A stretch of 64,000 bases of DNA from Novakomyces olei. Taxonomy: Eukaryota. Made by a program: the position numbers and the translations under genes. A model generated the notes under the pieces. That model saw only the letters and a list, made by a program, of their open reading frames with translations, was not told the origin of the DNA and did not search any database. Where the stretch lies: the NCBI GenBank assembly GCA_016906335.1, contig JADEYG010000004.1:1426001-1490000 (forward strand), read 5' to 3'. Below, piece by piece: positions 1 through 10,534 of the stretch; position 1 is the first letter of the stretch; every line of letters begins with the position of its first letter.

Positions 1-417
1 GGCGACAACGTATGGCTACTCCGTAAACACCTTCGTACGGACCGGCAGTCCGACAAACTCGACTACAAACGTCTCGGACCTTTCCAAATACTCGAACGCA
101 TCGGTACTCGATCATACAAGCTGAAGCTACCACAGTCTATGCGTGTTCATCCAGTATTTCATATTTCGCTACTGGAACCATACAAAACCTCCTCTCAATT
201 CCATCGGCAGCAACTCCAACTTCCCGATCCAGTCGTTTCCGACCAAGAACCTGAGTATGAAGTCGAATCTATCCTAGATCACCGGAAATTGGGACGACAT
301 ACGTACTATCTGGTCCACTGGAAAGGTTACTCTATCGCCGAACGCACCTGGGAACCACTCAAAAACCTTCAAAACGCTAAGTCACTGGTCCAAGAGTACC
401 ATAGGACACGAAACTAG
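1..417 (+). CDS. Gypsy integrase C-terminus (GPF motif) plus chromodomain, partial
   Basis: Frame open from base 1: ...KLDYKRLGPF...VHPVFHISLLEPY...EYEVESILDHR...YLVHWKGYSIAERTWEP. Confidence 0.92.
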   Translation, partial: GDNVWLLRKHLRTDRQSDKLDYKRLGPFQILERIGTRSYKLKLPQSMRVHPVFHISLLEPYKTSSQFHRQQLQLPDPVVSDQEPEYEVESILDHRKLGRHTYYLVHWKGYSIAERTWEPLKNLQNAKSLVQEYHRTRN

Positions 418-679
418 CGCCCAGACTACCGCCAGTACACCTCTATGGCCACCCAGTCCACCTTGATCCTCTTACGCTTCCGCTTACCCCTCAAACTGCC
501 AGATATCCCAACAACCAATTATCCTATCCCAAAAGTTGGGTTAAGTCCCGACAAACTACCACCACTCGCGAAATCAGGGTTAACCAATAACCCTAGGGTT
601 TACATTTATTGGAGTGGACAGTAGGGTTATTTAGGGTTATTTAGGGCTTATAAATTATTACTCTGCGAAGCATTAATTT

Positions 680-715
<36 letters not shown>

Positions 716-717
<2 letters not shown>

Positions 718-1130
718 ATTCTTGGGTCGCCGGTTCCGATTCCGATGGCGGGGCCTCACTCTCAACGGGCTCCTCCACCTCGTGCTCCTCCTCAAGCTTA
801 TGCAGCATTTCGAACGCTCTCAAACGCGCATTCGCCGACACGAGCTCCTCTTGAGCCGATTTCAAGGCCGCGCGCAATTCCAACACATACTGCGTAATCG
901 CCTCTAGGGGGTCCTCTCGACCGCGCTTAACCCCGCGGGCCCCCCCACAAGCGTTGCTGCATGTCACTAAGCTCGAACGGGTACTCGCCGTCACACGGCT
1001 TTCCCGCATTCGCACAACGCAAACACTTTGGCTTTTGGCGACCCGTTCGACGCACCCACACACAATCGTGGGGTTTGCCAAACGCAGTACACCTCGAGCA
1101 CGGACCAGCAACACTTCTCTTCTGCTCTTC
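716..1130 (-). CDS. Antisense accessory gene of E1: Zn2Cys6-like cluster plus coiled coil and acidic tail (1-nt frameshift at the C7 run 940-946; start not resolved)
   Basis: Frame 1130->927 reads PCSRCTAFGKPHDCVWVRRTGRQKPKCLRCANAGKPCDG (not in the ORF track). Removing one G joins it to REDPLEAITQYVLELRAALKSAQEELVSANARL...EPATQE*. Confidence 0.7.
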
Positions 1131-1236
1131 CTATGGATGGATCAAATTTTTTCTCTCACCCTCCTTTTATTCAGTATTTGTCGCTACATTACTTATTTGC
1201 CCTCACAGGAGTTCGCGCCTCCGAGGGGGGGTATCG

Positions 1237-1722
1237 TGTAATGAACCACTTAGGGTTAGTTAGGGTTAGGGTTATAAATATAGTTTAGGGTTATGGTTAG
1301 GGTTTACCCCACCTAGGATCCCTACCTAGGATCCCTTCCTAGGATCCTTACCTAGGATCCCTACCTAGGATCCCTTCCTAGGATCCCTTCCTAGGATCCC
1401 TTCCTAGGATCCCCTCTTCATTACTTACCTTTTTCCCCTCTTTTATTTCGTCTATACACTTCCGCGCGTTTATTTACTTTGCGCTATTTATTTGTTTACT
1501 TCTTTCCGTTTCCGGCGCAGCCCCTTCGCAGCGTGCTGCGCCTTCCTCCTCCGTCCGTAGCTTATAAATAGCGCCGTGGTGAGCCCAGCTCCCCACGGGT
1601 TAATCTATTCTATTCAATTTCTCTATTTAATTTTCTAATATATTTTCTAATATATTTTCTTTTACTTTCAGACGCCTACGTTTCGCTTCGCCTTTCTTCC
1701 CTCCTTTCCCCCTTTCCTCACA
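1237..1722 (+). repeat. 3' LTR of E1, with TTAGGG-like motifs (1250-1305) and a ~14-bp CCTAGGATCCCT tandem array (1312-1413)
   Basis: TG...CA termini, PPT just upstream, TATAAATA at ~1563. Confidence 0.75.
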
Positions 1723-1837
1723 TCTTCGCATAAGTAAGCCATTTGACCATAGAGGTTCTCCAAGATTGGAATTCTCTGTGGGTCATAGAATGCCCATTCA
1801 GCTTTGCTGGTTCAGGCAGCTTGATTTTGAAATCCAT
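1723..1837 (-). pseudogene. B1 gag N-terminus, interrupted by E1
   Basis: MDFKIKLPEPAKLNGHSMTHREFQSWRTSMVKWLTYAK matches B2/B3 gag starts. Confidence 0.85.
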
Positions 1838-1881
1838 TTCTATTGAATGAAACCAATCGAACAGTGTTTTTAATTATTAAA

Positions 1882-2630
1882 CTAATAAAGAGTATTCAAA
1901 AATCCTGGTTGCTGTTTTCCGCTCTCCAAGTGTTTGTGATAATCTCTTTCAACTTTATCCGGATCTTCTCCTTTGTAAAGTCGAACCTTAAATTCGTCCT
2001 CCACAGTATTGTCCAGCAAGTATTTAGTTTTATTTCTTTTGTGTAGCTCTTGTATTCTGTCAGCTACCAATTTGTTGTAGGTCTCTTCGTACTTCAGCCT
2101 AGCTGCTGCCTTGCTCGTCCAATGAGCCTGCTTTCGGAAAATTTCTTCCTCGGTTATAGGCGTTCGAATGACTGGAGTTGGAGCCTGAGCCTCGACTAAG
2201 GCTGGTGGTGCGACGGCAATTGGCGTTGGAGCTTTGTTGACTTTGGGGGGCTTTGGAAAAGGTCGCAATGCCGCGTCAACAGCTCTCTGAAGTCCACTTT
2301 GTTTTCGCTCTTTGAATGCCTCCGATCGGCGAGCGTTTCTTTGTCTTCTCTTTGACAATTGTAAAGTCAAGTTGTCAGAAGATGTTGCAGGAGACGGTGT
2401 ACACTGATCGGTTGATCCAGATTCAGTGACGTAGTCCTCCACTACAGGAATATGATGTGGGCGGTCTTGTCCTGCCTGCACCTTGTTCCTGGGTGGATCT
2501 GTCTTTGCCTGACGCAAAAGATTTGCGCAAGGCTCAGAATAGATTCTCCTGTAAATCCGTCGGTTTTTTCCAGACGGTTGCACTGACGATGTTAGCAGTG
2601 AAAAAATATGTTAAGTGAGGATTACTCACT
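1882..2630 (-). CDS. B1 ORF0 (~233 aa, unknown function); ATG predicted from A2630 + TG 2582-2581 after removing intron 2583-2629
   Basis: Homologous to the ORFs at 4172-4882 and 6327-6998. Intron signals GTGAGT...GCTAAC...CAG. Confidence 0.78.
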
Positions 2631-2947
2631 GTTGTAACAATATAAATTAGACCTAGCTAAGAGATCTATCTTTTAGACTATGGGAAGTTGGGTCCTTTTA
2701 TAGACTTTTTGTGAAGCAGATAGGACGGAGATAGGAAGGAAATAGGAAGGAAATGATGAGTAATGATGATGAATCATTGATGAGTAATGATGACTCATTG
2801 ATGAGTAATGATGATGAATCATTGATGAGTAATGATGACTCATTGATGAGTAATCAATCTTGATTAGATTTGATTAGATCAATCTTGATTAGATTTGATT
2901 AGATCAATCTTGATTAGATTTGATTAGATCAATCTTGATTCCTAACA
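2609..2947 (-). repeat. B1 5' LTR with internal tandem repeats (GATGAGTAATGATGA; TCAATCTTGATTAGATTTGATTAGA)
   Basis: TGTTAGG...TTAACA termini, TATAAAA at 2702-2696, U5 motif shared with B2/B3. Confidence 0.85.
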
Positions 2948-3594
2948 CATTTCAGTCATCTTTGTCAGTGAGGCATGTCCTTGACTTCTGTGAATATCAT
3001 AGCCATTATGTTTAGACAAATTAAAAACAGAAGTAGCTTTTAGCAATCCAGAAATATAAAATTCGCCATTTGATGAGCGCATAATGCTCGTCAGGAATTT
3101 TCCTTTTCGTTGAATTTCAAGATTTTCGAAGTCAACTTTTAGATTATTATCCAGTAGAAGACCAAGAGAAATTAGATTGCAAGGTGCATTCTCAACGTAG
3201 CAGACATTATAGATTGTTGCCTCTTTGCCATTGAGAACTATCTCAATGTCACCTTGTCTGTCCGCAGTAATACTTTGTCCATTGGCTATTTTTAATGATT
3301 TTTTAATTAATTTTATATTAACAAGCCAATCCAGACGATTTGTAATATGTACGCCAGCTCCAGAATCAATAACAAATGTAGCGCTATCACTTTCAGTAGG
3401 CTCAGTTTCATTTGTTGCATAGTCATTATTAAGTCTCGCCATTAATGCTATTTTTTCAGTATCCTTTTTTGTATTTTTCTTCTTTAAAAACCAGCATTGT
3501 TTGACAGAATGACCAGGCTTCTTGCAATAAGAGCATTTGACCTTTTTATTATTATTTCCAGCATAATTGACCACTTTAGAAGGTTCATCCCCTT
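2948..3594 (-). pseudogene. Ty1/Copia polyprotein fragment: CCHC knuckle, protease, pre-integrase. Continues in frame from 31537-32155.
   Basis: CSYCKKPGHSVKQC, FVIDSGAGVHIT, IHRSQGHAS. TSD CCCTT at 3590-3594 and 31532-31536. Confidence 0.88.
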
Positions 3595-3792
3595 TGTTAT
3601 AACTGTGGAAATTACTCACTGTTATAACTTTTAGATTAATTAAATCTACCCTTAAACTATGGAAAACCTTGTCCTTTTATAGACGTCAAGGCTCAGCTCT
3701 TATCTTCGTAATTTGCCAAGAGATAGGATTAAGACTTTCCTATCAATTAGTAATCAGATAGGATCAGAAGTGACCGATCAATTAGTAATCAC
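3595..3792 (-). repeat. Partial B2-type LTR (U5/R side), inverted
   Basis: Reverse complement of 3955-4152; ends at ATCAC against the start of the next LTR. Confidence 0.9.
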
Positions 3793-4152
3793 TGTTAGGC
3801 CATAGTGTAGATAGTAAAATTAAAATTAAAAATGACATAATTAAATTAAATTAATTCACTCCAAATACGGAATCTAACCGATTTGGAGGAATATTTAATT
3901 ACTGATCATTAAATCAAGCCACTGATCGGGTATCTGTATCCTATCAATGATAAGGTGATTACTAATTGATCGGTTACTTCTGATCCTATCTGATTACTAA
4001 TTGATAGGAAAGTCTTAATCCTATCTCTTGGCAAATTACGAAGACAAGAGCTGAGCCTTGACGTCTATAAAAGGACAAGGTTTTCCATAGTTTAAGGGTA
4101 GATTTAATTAATCTAAAAGTTATAACAGTGAGTAATTTCCACAGTTATAACA
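3793..4152 (+). repeat. B2 5' LTR
   Basis: TGTTAGGCC...TTATAACA, TATAAAA 4066-4072, matches copies at 31040 and 31207-31531. Confidence 0.92.
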
Positions 4153-4882
4153 ACTTTTTTCACTGCTAACATTGTCAGTGAATCCGTCAGGAGACAGCCG
4201 ACGGCCTCGCATTGTCTACTCTGAGACATTTGCAAATCTCTTGAAGCAGGCAAAAACCGATCCAAAGGTTGTTGTCTCGGCTGGCTCTATCCGCCGAAGC
4301 AATACACCTAAGGATAAGGATAAAACCTCTGTGTCTGGACTTACCGACCAGAGTGCCCACTCAGAGAAAAATACCTCGATTCATCAATTGAATAAGAGGA
4401 AAGAAAGAAACGCTCGCCGATCGCAGGCATTCAAAGAGCGTAAACTCAACGGTCGAATTTCCAAGGGGCCTGAATCAATTGCTGCTATTGCGGCAAAGGT
4501 GCTCAGAAAACCTCCTCCACCAGCGCCGAGACTTGGTCCTTACCCAGCTCTTACAGCTCCTTCAGTTTCGCCGGCCACTATTTCTACTACAACTCCTCGT
4601 TTACCTCTATCAGCGGAAGAAGTTTTTCGAAAACAAGCGCACTGGACAAGCAAAGCGGCGGCCAATCTACGTTACGAGGAAACATACAACAAATTGGTGG
4701 CCAATCGCATTCAAGAGCTACACAATAGGAAGAAAACAAAATATCTTCTGGAGAACATCGTTGAGGACAGATTCAAAATTCGTCTCTACAGAGGAGAAGA
4801 TCCAAACAAAGTTGAGAAGGATTATTACGATCACTTGAAAAGTGGACAGCAATCACCAGCGTTTTCGAATACTTTGTATTAG
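4127..4882 (+). CDS. B2 ORF0 (~234 aa); ATG predicted from A4127 + TG 4179-4180 after removing intron 4128-4178
   Basis: ACA|GTGAGT...GCTAAC attgt CAG|TG AAT CCG; conserved in three copies. Confidence 0.78.
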
Positions 4883-4948
4883 TCTTTTATATTTAATATA
4901 TTTAATTCTTTATCAATTTAATTTAAATTGATTAAAATATATTTTAAT

Positions 4949-5978
4949 ATGGACTTCAAAATCAAGCTGCCTGAACCAGCAAAGCTGAATGGTCATTCAA
5001 TGACCCATAGGGAGTTCCAATCATGGAGAGGCTCTATGGTTAAATGGCTGACATATGTCAAAGCAGGAGGCAGTGTCACCGGGATTTCAGATATAGACTT
5101 AATTAGCATGTTCCTCGAATCGAACGCTACAATCTATGCTGAAGAACTCAGGGACAATGCTGGTGTAACGACAGATCAGATGCTTGATCATCTGGAGCGA
5201 AGCATTGTACCCAACGACTATTTACCACGCGCTTACAGCAAGTTTGTTACCTTCGCTCAAGGAACAAAAAGCATTAGCCAATATGCCACGCAACTTAAAT
5301 TGAAATCAATGGAACTAGAAATAGTTAACGAAGCCATCTTGATTCAACAATTCATCCATGGGCTAAATGAGAGAACAAAGCCTCAAATAATGGGATCTTT
5401 GAGAAGTGCATTTGGAAACCAGTCGGGAAACAACACAGGAATGACGAAATGGAAATGGCAAAGTGTGGTTGATGTGGCAACAGGCTACGATTTTACTGCA
5501 ACAAGACCATACGTAGGAAACATGAATCCTAAACAAGGCAACCAACAAACTGAAACAAAGGCAACTACTTCTGAGAAGAAAGAACCAGAGAAGCCAGCCC
5601 TCAGAACAAGATGTACCTTTTGTCGCCGCACTGGGCACACGTACGAGCAATGCTTTAAACGAAAGAATCAATCAACCATCAGTGCTCTTAAAGAAGATTC
5701 TGGAATAGTTAGCGAAGAAATCAAACTTGATTACAATTGTTCTGCTGTCCAAAACACAAACCAACAATTTCTAGTTAATTTACCTGTGGAAATAAATGAT
5801 GAAGAAATCAAATGTCAGGTCCTGATTGATACTGGAAGTGATATTGACGTTATTGACTCAAACTTTTGCAATGTTCACCGACCAACATACAAAGAAAGTG
5901 ACCACAAAATTCAAATGGCCTTTCAAGGATCGAAAACTGTGAGCAGATATATGGCCAAAGTCATGTTCAAGGGGAGCG
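4949..5978 (+). CDS. B2 gag (capsid, CCHC knuckle) plus protease, interrupted by B3
   Basis: CTFCRRTGHTYEQC, VLIDTGS; resumes at 20892 (ELNCAVARL). Confidence 0.9.
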
Positions 5979-6301
5979 TGTTAGGAGTGTAGATAATAAA
6001 TAATTAAACATTGAATTACTTAAAGGGTCCTAAACGTGTACGGATTAAAATTAAACATTGAATTACTTAAAGGGTCCTAAACGTGTACGGATTAAATCTG
6101 GAACCTCGGCATTTGATTAATAATTAATCACGCCATAGCGGAAGCTGACTCATGATTAGTCAAGGCTGACTCATAATTAATCACGCCATTTCGGGCTTTC
6201 GGACTACAGGAGTCTATAAAAAGGACACGGTTTCCCATAGTTTAGAACATAGTTTTTTCTATCTTTTAATTTATTTGTTACAACAGTGAGTTACCCTCAC
6301 A
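5979..6301 (+). repeat. B3 5' LTR
   Basis: TGTTAGGAG...CCCTCACA; lacks an 18-bp palindromic segment present in the 3' LTR. Confidence 0.92.
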
Positions 6302-6998
6302 CATTTTTTCACTGCTAACTAGGACAGTGACTCCCCCGTCTGGACAACGCCGACGGATTTACCCTCACGTTTTCTCTGAGCCTTTTGCAAATCTTTTGCG
6401 TCAGGCGAAAACTGATCCTCCTAAGGATAAGGTGTTGACTGGATATTGCCGTCAATACCCGGAGTCCAAGGAGCGAAAACAAAACTCTGAGTCTGGACCT
6501 GCCGACCAGAGTGTTCGACCCTCTTCCAGCTTGACTCTTCAGCTGTCGAAGAGAAGAGAAAGAAACGCTCGCCGTTCAGAGGCCTTCAAGGAGCGTAAGA
6601 GAATTGAAACGGTTTCTAAACCATTTGCAACACCTCGTCCGAAACCACTTCCAACCCCGATTCCGGCCCCGCTTCCGAAACCAGTTCCAGCACCAGTTCC
6701 AGCACCAGTTCCAAGATTACCGCTTACGGAGGAAGAAATATTTCGAAAAGAAGCTCATTGGACAAGCAAGGTTGCGGCTCAAATCAAATACGAGGACACC
6801 TACAATAATCTTGTGGCCAAAAGAATTCAGGAACTGAGCAGGAAGAAAAAAACTAAGTATTTGCTTGACAACATCGTTGAGGACGAATACAGAATCCGTC
6901 TTTTTAAAGGAGAGGATCCAGACAAAGTTGAAAAGGACTACTACGAACATTTGGAACAAGGACGACAAAAGCCAGCCTATCTTAATACGCTTTTTTAA
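6285..6998 (+). CDS. B3 ORF0 (~223 aa); ATG predicted from A6285 + TG 6328-6329 after removing intron 6286-6327
   Basis: ACA|GTGAGT...GCTAAC tagga CAG|TG ACT CCC. Confidence 0.75.
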   Translation, partial: SELPSHIFSLLTRTVTPPSGQRRRIYPHVFSEPFANLLRQAKTDPPKDKVLTGYCRQYPESKERKQNSESGPADQSVRPSSSLTLQLSKRRERNARRSEAFKERKRIETVSKPFATPRPKPLPTPIPAPLPKPVPAPVPAPVPRLPLTEEEIFRKEAHWTSKVAAQIKYEDTYNNLVAKRIQELSRKKKTKYLLDNIVEDEYRIRLFKGEDPDKVEKDYYEHLEQGRQKPAYLNTLF

Positions 6999-7069
6999 AC
7001 TAGCTCATTAATTTGACTTAAATTTATTAATCTACTTTATTCATAAAATTAATTTAATTTTAATTAATT

Positions 7070-9326
7070 ATGGATTTTAAGATTAAATTACCTGAGCCTA
7101 CGAAATTGAATGGTCGCCCAATGACCCATAGAGAGTTCCAGTCATGGAGACACTCTATGGTAAAATGGCTCGCCTATGTCAAGACAGGCGAACATCCTAT
7201 TGCTATTTCAGATGTCGACTTGATTAGCATGTTTCTCGAATCAAATGCTTCGATCTATGCTGAGGAGCTCCGTGACAATACTTCTCAGCAAATCAAATGC
7301 TTGATCACCTTGAGAGAAGCATTGTTCCGAACGATTATCTACCTCGTGCATACAGCAAGTTTGTTACCTTCACTCAGGGCACAAGAAGCATTAGCCAATA
7401 TGCAACGCAGCTTAAGCTCAAATCAATGGAACTTGAGATAGTCAACGAGGCAATCTTGATTCAACAATTCATACATGGATTAAATGAAAGAACCAAACCT
7501 CAAATAATGGGATCATTGAGAAGTGCATTTGGAACTCAATCCGGTGATAGTTCGAACATGGCAAAATGGAATTGGCAAAACGTTGTTGATGTGGCTACAG
7601 GTTATGACTTTGCGACAGCAAGACCCTTTGTTGGAAATATGAGTACGAAAGCAGCCAGTCAGAGAATAGAGGCACGAGCTGATGTTCCTGAAAAGAGTGA
7701 ACCAGAGAAACCTATTCTCCGAACAAGATGTACTTTTTGTCGCAGAACTGGGCACACCTAGGAGCAATGTTTCAAAAGAAAGAATCAGTCAAGTGTGAGT
7801 GCTCTTCAAACAAGCACAGAAATAGATAACGAAGAAATAAAACTTGAGTATCACTGTTCCGCTGTCCAAAATACCGGTCAACAATTTCTTGTAGTCCTAC
7901 CAATTGATATAAACGGTAAAGAAATAAAATGTCAAATACTTATTGACACCGGGAGTGACCTTGACGTTATTGATTCGAACTTCTGCAATGTTCACCGACC
8001 AAAATACTATGAAAGTGACCATAAAATTGAAATGGCATTTCAAGGATCAAGAACTGTTAGCCGACACATGGCAAGAATAGGATTTAAGGGATATGAGTTG
8101 AATTGCGCAGTGGCAAGACTGAGAACCTCTGACCTTCTCATCGGAATGGGAACACTAAGCAAACTTGGAGCAATTGTCAATACCAGAAAGAGACAAATAC
8201 AATGGAAAAAAACAAGATAAACCATACGATTCAATATCACAAAAGGGGGCAGCCGTTGTAAGTTCAATCACAATTGATCCAAAGAAAAGGATTGATGTTC
8301 AGTCAGTTCGAGAACAAGACACAATTGACTCAAATAAGGTACTGGAAGTGCTACAAGACAAGTTCAAGCAAACTTTGGTAGCAAGTCCACCAAGCAAATT
8401 GCCTATAATGAGACCAGTGGTTGCAACATACGAGCCGATCGACCCACACAAGAAGTACAATATCAAAAAGTGGTATCCAAGCAAGAAACTAATGATGCCC
8501 TTAAAGCTGAAAATTGATGAACTTCTACACGCCAAAATGATATCAATTTCTACAGAAGAGCCAAGTGCCATATTATTTCCTATTCCTAAAGACAAAGACA
8601 TGGTCAACAAGCTCACAGATCCAAAAGAAATCAAGAATTATCTGCGATTTGTCAATGACGCTAGACCTCGGAATGCGAACATGAAACGCTTTTACATTCA
8701 GGTTCCTCGCATTGACATTGTAGTTCAAGATATTGCCAGAGCAAAATACAGAACTAAGATTGACTTGAAGGACGCTTTCTTCCAATCTAGAATACAGCCT
8801 GGGCAAGAACATTATACGGCATTTTGGACGCCATTTGGAATATACCAATGGAATGTGATGCCACAAGGAGATCGAAACTCTACTGCTATACAACAGCAGC
8901 TTATGGAGGAATTATTCAGACCCTACATTGGCATTTGGATGACAGTATATGTTGACGACATCATCATATACGATGACGATGTCCAGGAACACTTGGATCA
9001 CCTAGTGATTGTCTTTGGAATAATGTCTAAATGGGAACTATACGCTAGTCCAGCCAAGACCTTTCCATTCTGCAAAAGCTTTGTGGTACTAGGCAGACAG
9101 ATCAGTGATGAAGGAATCAAGATGACTGAAAAATCAAGAAACTCCATACTACGACTAGAAACTCCAAAGAACATGAAACAAATACAGAGACTGGTGGGCA
9201 TGCTAAACTGGATTTCAACGTTCATACCCAATTTATCGTCATACATCTCAACGTTCACTGAAATGAAGGAGTTTTCGTGGGATGAAACTAAGCAGAAAGG
9301 ATTTGACAAAATAAAGTCTGCAGTTC
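7070..9326 (+). pseudogene. B3 gag-protease-RT, with frameshifts (~7290, ~8210) and a stop (7759), interrupted by element A
   Basis: LIDTGS, KIDLKDAFFQ, MPQG, YVDD motifs. Confidence 0.9.
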
Positions 9327-9957
9327 TGTAAGACGGTCCTTACAGCTACAATCGCTGGAGGCCGGCCGTGTATAGTTTAAATAAAGTAAAGGAATAAGAA
9401 AGACCAGGAAAGCAGAAAGCGATTACTGTAAAGCTTACCAGGAGTAATATAATGTATTACTCCCACTTTGAGATAATCAACCCGTGAAGGGCGAGAGGCC
9501 TTCACGGGCAACTATAAACTAAACTAAGTTGCGGAGGAGCGGATGCTCCTTCGCATTCTAAACTACTCTTCCCAAACTAACTTATGCGAAGGTCGCACAA
9601 GTTAGAGCGGGAAGCTCTCAACCTAAACTAGACTATGGAAATAACTATGAATGTTCTCGCGCTAGCGGAGTGCGAAGGGTCGCACTCGCTAGCGTGCGAG
9701 AATGAGAACGGGAAGCGAGGTCCGTGCACATTGTGCATGGAGCCCCTCGCTCCCGTGGGCCAAGCTGGCTTAGTGCGCGTACCTACATGCGCACTAAGAC
9801 AACTTCTACGTCCCAAGACCATCGCATTACGCGCCGACTGGTCTTGGGCCGCGTTGGCGAAGCTTGCGACGCGCGGACATCCCAAGTCCGACTACAGGCG
9901 TCGCCCCTCGCTTCCCAACGCGGTTGTCAGGAACTCGCCAAGGCGAGGATCATGACA
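9327..9957 (-). repeat. A 3' LTR
   Basis: TGTCATGATCC...CTTACA on the minus strand. Confidence 0.95.
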
Positions 9958-10534
9958 GTATCCCCCCTCCCTTGGGCGAGGTCCCCGCGCCCGCAAAACA
10001 TAAAATATCCCAAAACAATAGTAAGGCGAAAATAAAAACAACAGATTTCCCAGCTTTCAACATAATAAGGAACATTGCAACTCTTCCACAGTCTTGTCTC
10101 AATAAAATAGCATGGGTAAATCAAATCAATCAATAAATGTTCGCATTGCCCTGCGTAAGGAAAGAAAATTAAAATGCGAGCACGAACACATGTAGACCAT
10201 ACTGTCTTCCAATTGCAAACCAAGTCGTCTCCCTGGTCAGTGTTGTCGTATCTCCTCCGTATAACGTGTGTATGTCGTGCGATAGAATAAACAATAGTCG
10301 CGTTCAATTTGTCAACGCCGTAAATGATTAAAGCGGTGTTAGCTTCATCGTTTTCGATTTTAATAATTTTTTTTTGCATGATTTTCAAAAAAGTTTTTTC
10401 CAAATAGCGATAAATAACTAGTGCGAATTGTGTATTATATCGCAGTCGTAAACAAAAATCAAGAGTTGAGTCTCGCGATTGCGTAAGATTACGTGAGTTG
10501 AATGACGTAACCTGTATCGCGATTAACGTAAACA

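Larger units (their letters stand above)
1..1722 (+). mobile_element. Ty3/Gypsy chromovirus 'E1', 3' part (pol end, antisense ORF, PPT, 3' LTR), inserted into gag of element B1
   Basis: Pol C-terminus, PPT gaggggggg 1223-1231, LTR TGTAA...TCACA 1237-1722. B1 gag starts immediately beyond 1722 on the minus strand. Confidence 0.85.
1723..2947 (-). mobile_element. Gypsy family B copy B1, 5' part (5' LTR, ORF0, start of gag), inserted into Copia integrase region
   Basis: LTR 2609-2947, ORF0 homologous to B2/B3, gag start MDFKIKLPEPAKLNGHSMTHREFQSW at 1837. Confidence 0.88.

Noticed and set aside
681-712. Poly-A run as a retrocopy tail of the antisense gene
   Set aside because: It reads as poly-T on the strand of that ORF, so it is not its poly(A) tail.
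9628-9955. Short ORFs repeated at 9628-9955, 15623-15985, 22823-23077, 29017-29271 and 55131-55511
   Set aside because: They recur only because they lie in GC-rich LTR copies; no motifs.
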